A DNA stretch of 11,198 nt, taken from contig JAFGBS010000025.1 of the NCBI GenBank assembly GCA_016933055.1, positions 1-11,198 on the forward strand, in the 5' to 3' direction. The DNA is from Promethearchaeota archaeon (lineage in GTDB: Archaea; Asgardarchaeota; Lokiarchaeia; Sigyniarchaeales; Promethearchaeaceae). Positions 7,794-11,198 of this stretch are shown here, in pieces. Each line of letters starts with the position of its first letter. The first letter of the stretch is position 1. Both the position numbers and the translations under genes were made by a program. The notes under the pieces were generated by a model, which was given only the letters and a program-made list of their open reading frames with translations, did no database searches and had not been told where the DNA came from.

Positions 7794-8378
7794 ATGAGTT
7801 TTCATGTCATAAGAACCATCTTTTTTCCCACTGTTCGTTTCATTTTAGGCGTAAATACAACATCTAATAAATTCGGCCTTAAAAAGGCAGATTCGGAAAA
7901 CTGGGTAACATTGAAAGCAGAGTTTAACTTTCACGGTCCTAGACCAGGAGGGAGTTGGGTGTATCGACCCACTGCCGACATGGTTACGGAGATTGGGGAG
8001 TCTCCCGAGCAAGCCGAAGAACGGAGAAGAAGAATTTCATCATCTGTATTTAATAATAAATTAAATACAGAATATAAGACATTTGATGAATTGAAGGTCT
8101 GGTTTATCGATGAGGAGTTAAAGAATTTCATAAAGCGAGTAACAAGTAAGATATCCTTGGAATTTATAGGGGAGTTGTGGAAAGTGTGTGTGAATACGTG
8201 GGACGGTCTGGAATTAATTACGAGAAGAAATAGAGATGATCCCCGATTATACACCGGGGATATTCCCCACGATTATACACATGCACGAGAAGAGATTTGC
8301 ACTGTAATTCATAAGTTAGAACCAAAACTTAATCCATCGTGCATCCAATCACGCGTATCGGAATTATTATCTGATTAG
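7794..8378 (+). CDS. Hypothetical protein, 194 aa
   Basis: Long ORF for this AT content, ATG start, globular-like composition, not overlapped by a better gene. No motif recognised. Confidence 0.65.
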   Translation: MSFHVIRTIFFPTVRFILGVNTTSNKFGLKKADSENWVTLKAEFNFHGPRPGGSWVYRPTADMVTEIGESPEQAEERRRRISSSVFNNKLNTEYKTFDELKVWFIDEELKNFIKRVTSKISLEFIGELWKVCVNTWDGLELITRRNRDDPRLYTGDIPHDYTHAREEICTVIHKLEPKLNPSCIQSRVSELLSD

Positions 8379-8674
8379 CTCGCTCTCTCTTCTAGAAAAT
8401 CTGATCATTAACAGAATTTAAAAAATTATAATTAAAAATTGAACTTTATAAATTGAATTTGTCCAATTAAAAATCCTCCTATGAGAGAAAAAAGAGAAAT
8501 CATTAAGGCATGTGATTTTAGTTTCGCCCACAGATTTCCCACTCAACAATTCTGTTATTAAATACTTACTTGAGAAATTTAACTATTTTCCTATTCTGAG
8601 GATTATGGACAAATTTTCGATCTTCATCAGTACGCATCACCAGCTAAAAGAAGGAATGTAATAATATTATCCGA

Positions 8675-10411
8675 TCACAAAAAATGCTTTTTAGGGATTA
8701 GAATAGCGTTTTTTGTTATTCCATCTATGCTTATTTTATCTTGTGGTGTTTTTGGTATATCAGTCCACACTCTTTGAAGTTGCTTAATGAAATCGTTGAA
8801 TGATGGCTGGAGATTCAAACGTTTTTTTAGATCAATGTAATTATCACTTGTATATACTGCTGCATCATCGATGGATTTAACCATAGTTCTCGATTTATAC
8901 TTCTTTTTCACTTTGATTTCACTTTGGATCCAATAAGGTCGTTCGAGTCGATCGTTTGTTCTTCCTTCTCTGAGTTGCTCTATTAAGGTTGTCAACGTTT
9001 CCTCAAATCCCAATGTTAAAGATAGTTGGATAAGGTGTTTCAATCGAGAAATTGCTTGATCATCAAATAGTATTTTTCCAAATGCTTTTTTGGTTAATTC
9101 CGCACCGAACATGAAATACTTAAAGATCGTATCCCGACGAGGATCAGAAGGAAACGCATCTTCTTGAGAATTGAATAACGCAAGAACTTCCTTTTCTGTC
9201 CAGCCTTTGGTAAATTCAATTACACACTTACCCAAATATCCATAGGGAATACCCTTAATTTTCTGAAATCTTTTGGTATCAGTAGGTTGGGAGTCAAAGA
9301 GAAAATGAACTCCACGATCATTCATCCCTTGATCATTGAACATTTCAGGTCGTGTATTGCTTGTATATATAATTGGAGCAAGCCATTGTTCATCTTGAAG
9401 TAATTTCTGAGTTTTACTCAATTTTTGAACATTAACGTCATTCGTATGATAGGATTTCAATGTTCCCCACATACCTTTTGGGATATCATTCACGTCATCA
9501 ATTCCGATCGGCAATGTAGATACACTAACGTAATTATCAAATCGTGCTTCACTGCTAATATTCCTGCCAGTTACCGTGAAGCTATTCCATAAAGTTTTCA
9601 CCATAATTTCCATCATTTGGGTTTTACCAGAACCCGGGGGACCGATGAAACTTATCCATGGATTTAGAAAATTATGCTTTTTAAGTAAATGCAAGAAGGG
9701 TGAAGCGATAGCGACTCCAATAAATAGTTTCTTATTGGGAATTGTTATGGAATCCATTAGGAGATCGATGTATTTTGCTCCTTCAATTGAATCTACCGTT
9801 AATTCGTTCATCTCTTCAATTTGTTTTATATATTTTTCTTGAATGCTATCTTTTATTTTATCAAATACCTTCTCTGGAGGAAGATTCCATCCATTTTGTC
9901 CAAATCCGCAGATTGTTACTACATTTTCAGTGGGAATTTCTGCTTTATCAAGATATCGATGGATTAATACACTAAAATATCGAGGTTTTTCAATACAAGA
10001 GTGTTTTCTGACGTTTTCCTCCATTTCTTTGAATGTTTTACCTATATAAGAAATACCGTTCAACATATAATTGAGTAAGATCTCAAGATTTGGTCTGATA
10101 ATTTTTTTATTTATATTAAACGATTCCCAACCCCAGTAACGTTTCCCATCTTGATCATATATACCCGATTCAAGATTTAATTCAACATACCGAGATCTTT
10201 CTCTATTTGTATAGAAACGAACGTTAGTGCTTTTAAAAATCTGGTTAGAAATTACTAATTTAGAACGGAAATTTTTGACTCTAGCTTTTTTCTTGCTTTG
10301 TCCTGTAAAATGAGGAATTTCTTCGTTTCTGAAAATTTCATTCTCTTCTTTCGAGTAGGGATTAGAAACAGCTTTATTTTCTACTATTTATGGTGTGACC
10401 GCCGAATTCAT
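8675..10411 (-). CDS. DUF927/Cch-like (or D5/SF3-like) AAA+ replicative helicase; probable full frame starts at ATG 10411 with an in-frame TAA at 10388-10390
   Basis: Walker A ISFIGPPGSGKT, Walker B LPIGIDDV, sensor-I region QWLAPIIYTSN, Arg-finger GMNDR and a wHTH-like C-terminus. Manual translation shows the frame open from 10066 to 10387, and in frame with ATG 10411 beyond one TAA. Confidence 0.8.
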
Positions 10412-10433
10412 ATTGTTTTTGTAAATTTGTATT

Positions 10434-10625
10434 TCATAATGATCTAAAACATATAAGTCCTTCCTCCAAATACGATATTAATTTAAAATAATCGTTAGAC
10501 TTGGATCTCCGAAGATTTAGACTGTCATAACAATTGTCGCTGTTTAAATTAGAATGTCGGAATGTTTTTACGAGCAGTAGATTTATAAATTCCTGTACAT
10601 TATTAATAAATGAGTGATTCTTCAC
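10434..10625 (-). CDS. Small hypothetical protein, possibly a winged-helix DNA-binding protein or remnant
   Basis: GTG start. It is co-oriented with the helicase and ends 22 nt before ATG 10411. The C-terminal DSLNLRRSKSNDYFKLISYLEEGLI loosely resembles the wHTH recognition helix plus GLI. Confidence 0.3.
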   Translation of the reverse strand: MKNHSFINNVQEFINLLLVKTFRHSNLNSDNCYDSLNLRRSKSNDYFKLISYLEEGLICFRSL

Positions 10626-10863
10626 TTATTTAGGGTTGACCGCCCTTTGCTCCCTTAAACATGGGAGCGCCTAATTTTTCTAATTGTATTGTCCGTGTAA
10701 TCGTTATCACTTTTTGTTAGCACTTTTTCTTGGAAAATACTGTTATCAAAAGGGTACTGTGCGATGTTCGATGGATGAAGGTAAAAACAATTCCTATTCA
10801 CAACTATTTTTAACACGAAAACCTAAGGAAATCAGGGAAATCTCCAGCAGATGAAAGATGACA

Positions 10864-10905
10864 TAGTGAATTCACTAGTGAGTTCACTAGTGAACTCACT
10901 AGTGA
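10864..10905. repeat. 3.5 tandem copies of a 12-bp unit forming a 34-bp perfect palindrome
   Basis: Units TAGTGAATTCAC / TAGTGAGTTCAC / TAGTGAACTCAC / TAGTGA. 10872-10905 (TCACTAGTGAGTTCACTAGTGAACTCACTAGTGA) equals its own reverse complement. Confidence 0.95.
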
Positions 10906-11033
10906 TTACGATAAAGATATGTTGAAAGAAATAAGGTAAAAGTCCTGACAAATCATAAAAGGAAAACAACATTTGATCTGATAGCCCGATTATCCACCAA
11001 ATTTCCCCTATCATTACCCTTACCACTGCCCTA

Positions 11034-11195
11034 TCATTTGTCATAAATTTAACTGATAGCAGTCTATTTTTTGCTAAAATCAAGCAAGAAACGGGACGCG
11101 ATTTGGCGGTCTAATCTACATTTGCTGAACCTAATCGCTTTTTTTTTATTTTTTTTTCATACGACAGATGTATAAAGGGGTAACTATACTGTACG
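11034..11195 (-). repeat. Right degenerate terminal inverted repeat
   Basis: Reverse-complement counterpart of 25-175, with the same four collinear blocks and indels between them. Confidence 0.85.
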
Positions 11196-11198
11196 CGG

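Larger units (their letters stand above)
1..11198. mobile_element. Putative TIR-bounded, helicase-encoding, non-autonomous integrative or linear element carrying a giant surface protein
   Basis: Inverted homologous ends, an iteron array, an MGE-type AAA+ helicase, a truncated host-gene fragment and several disrupted ORFs. No recombinase is seen and the flanks are not visible. Confidence 0.6.

Noticed and set aside
7931-8254. 107-aa minus-strand ORF
   Set aside because: It is antisense to and nested within the longer 194-aa ORF, with Ser/Phe/Leu-rich shadow composition.
8481-8661. Possible ~59-aa gene if one A is removed from the A6 run at 8488-8493
   Set aside because: It is short, has no motif or SD, and needs an assumed frameshift.
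9576-10049. Short + strand ORFs 9576-9842, 9742-9975 and 9843-10049
   Set aside because: They are antisense shadows of the helicase gene.
602-10411. Stop-codon reassignment (TAG at 656-658 and TAA at 10388-10390 both look read through)
   Set aside because: The giant gene has 1920 codons with no internal TAA or TAG and ends at TAA. Two isolated cases fit mutation better than recoding.
8675-10411. Primase-helicase fusion or MCM
   Set aside because: No AEP or TOPRIM acidic motifs and no MCM zinc-finger cysteines are visible in the N-terminal region.
10649-10668. GCTCCC-N8-GGGAGC hairpin as terminator or riboregulator
   Set aside because: It is only a 6-bp stem, with no adjacent U-tract and no clear upstream gene.
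10864-10905. CRISPR or mini-array
   Set aside because: The units are 12 bp, contiguous and have no spacers, and no cas genes are present.
10832-11083. 83-aa minus-strand ORF with TSEF repeats
   Set aside because: It overlaps the terminal repeat and the palindrome. The palindrome gives the same SEFT peptide on both strands, so the peptide repeat is a by-product. No family recognised.
11085-11137. tRNA fragment serving as an att site
   Set aside because: The stretch is GC-richer but has no cloverleaf, T-arm or CCA, and the two copies are inverted rather than direct.
25-11195. Tn7/Mu-family transposon or aloposon
   Set aside because: There are no matching 5'-TGT…ACA-3' termini at equivalent positions, no TnsB/TnsC or other DDE gene, and no visible target-site duplication.

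Overview
This AT-rich 11.2-kb window reads as one self-contained, partly decayed mobile element, probably archaeal. An Asgard/Lokiarchaeia-like host is an inference from the style of the surface protein and is unverified. Both ends carry degenerate inverted copies of a ~150-bp sequence (25-175 and 11034-11195; core 42/53 identical). Inside, from left to right: (1) a symmetric iteron-like array (5x AATTACC facing 5x GGTAATT around an AT-rich centre) that looks like a replication origin; (2) a 5'-truncated LolD/MacB-type ABC ATPase remnant; (3) a small gene frameshifted in a T7 run; (4) a 1920-aa secreted glycoprotein with FN3 folds split by inserted beta-sandwich domains and a C-terminal clan-CD (caspase/gingipain/CHAT-like) His-Cys peptidase domain; (5) a 194-aa orphan; (6) a DUF927/Cch-like AAA+ helicase whose frame extends 115 codons upstream of the called ORF across one in-frame TAA; (7) a possible small winged-helix ORF; and (8) a 34-bp perfect palindrome built from 12-bp tandem units. 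No integrase, transposase, primase, polymerase or capsid gene was recognised. All family calls come from motif recognition by eye, with no database search.
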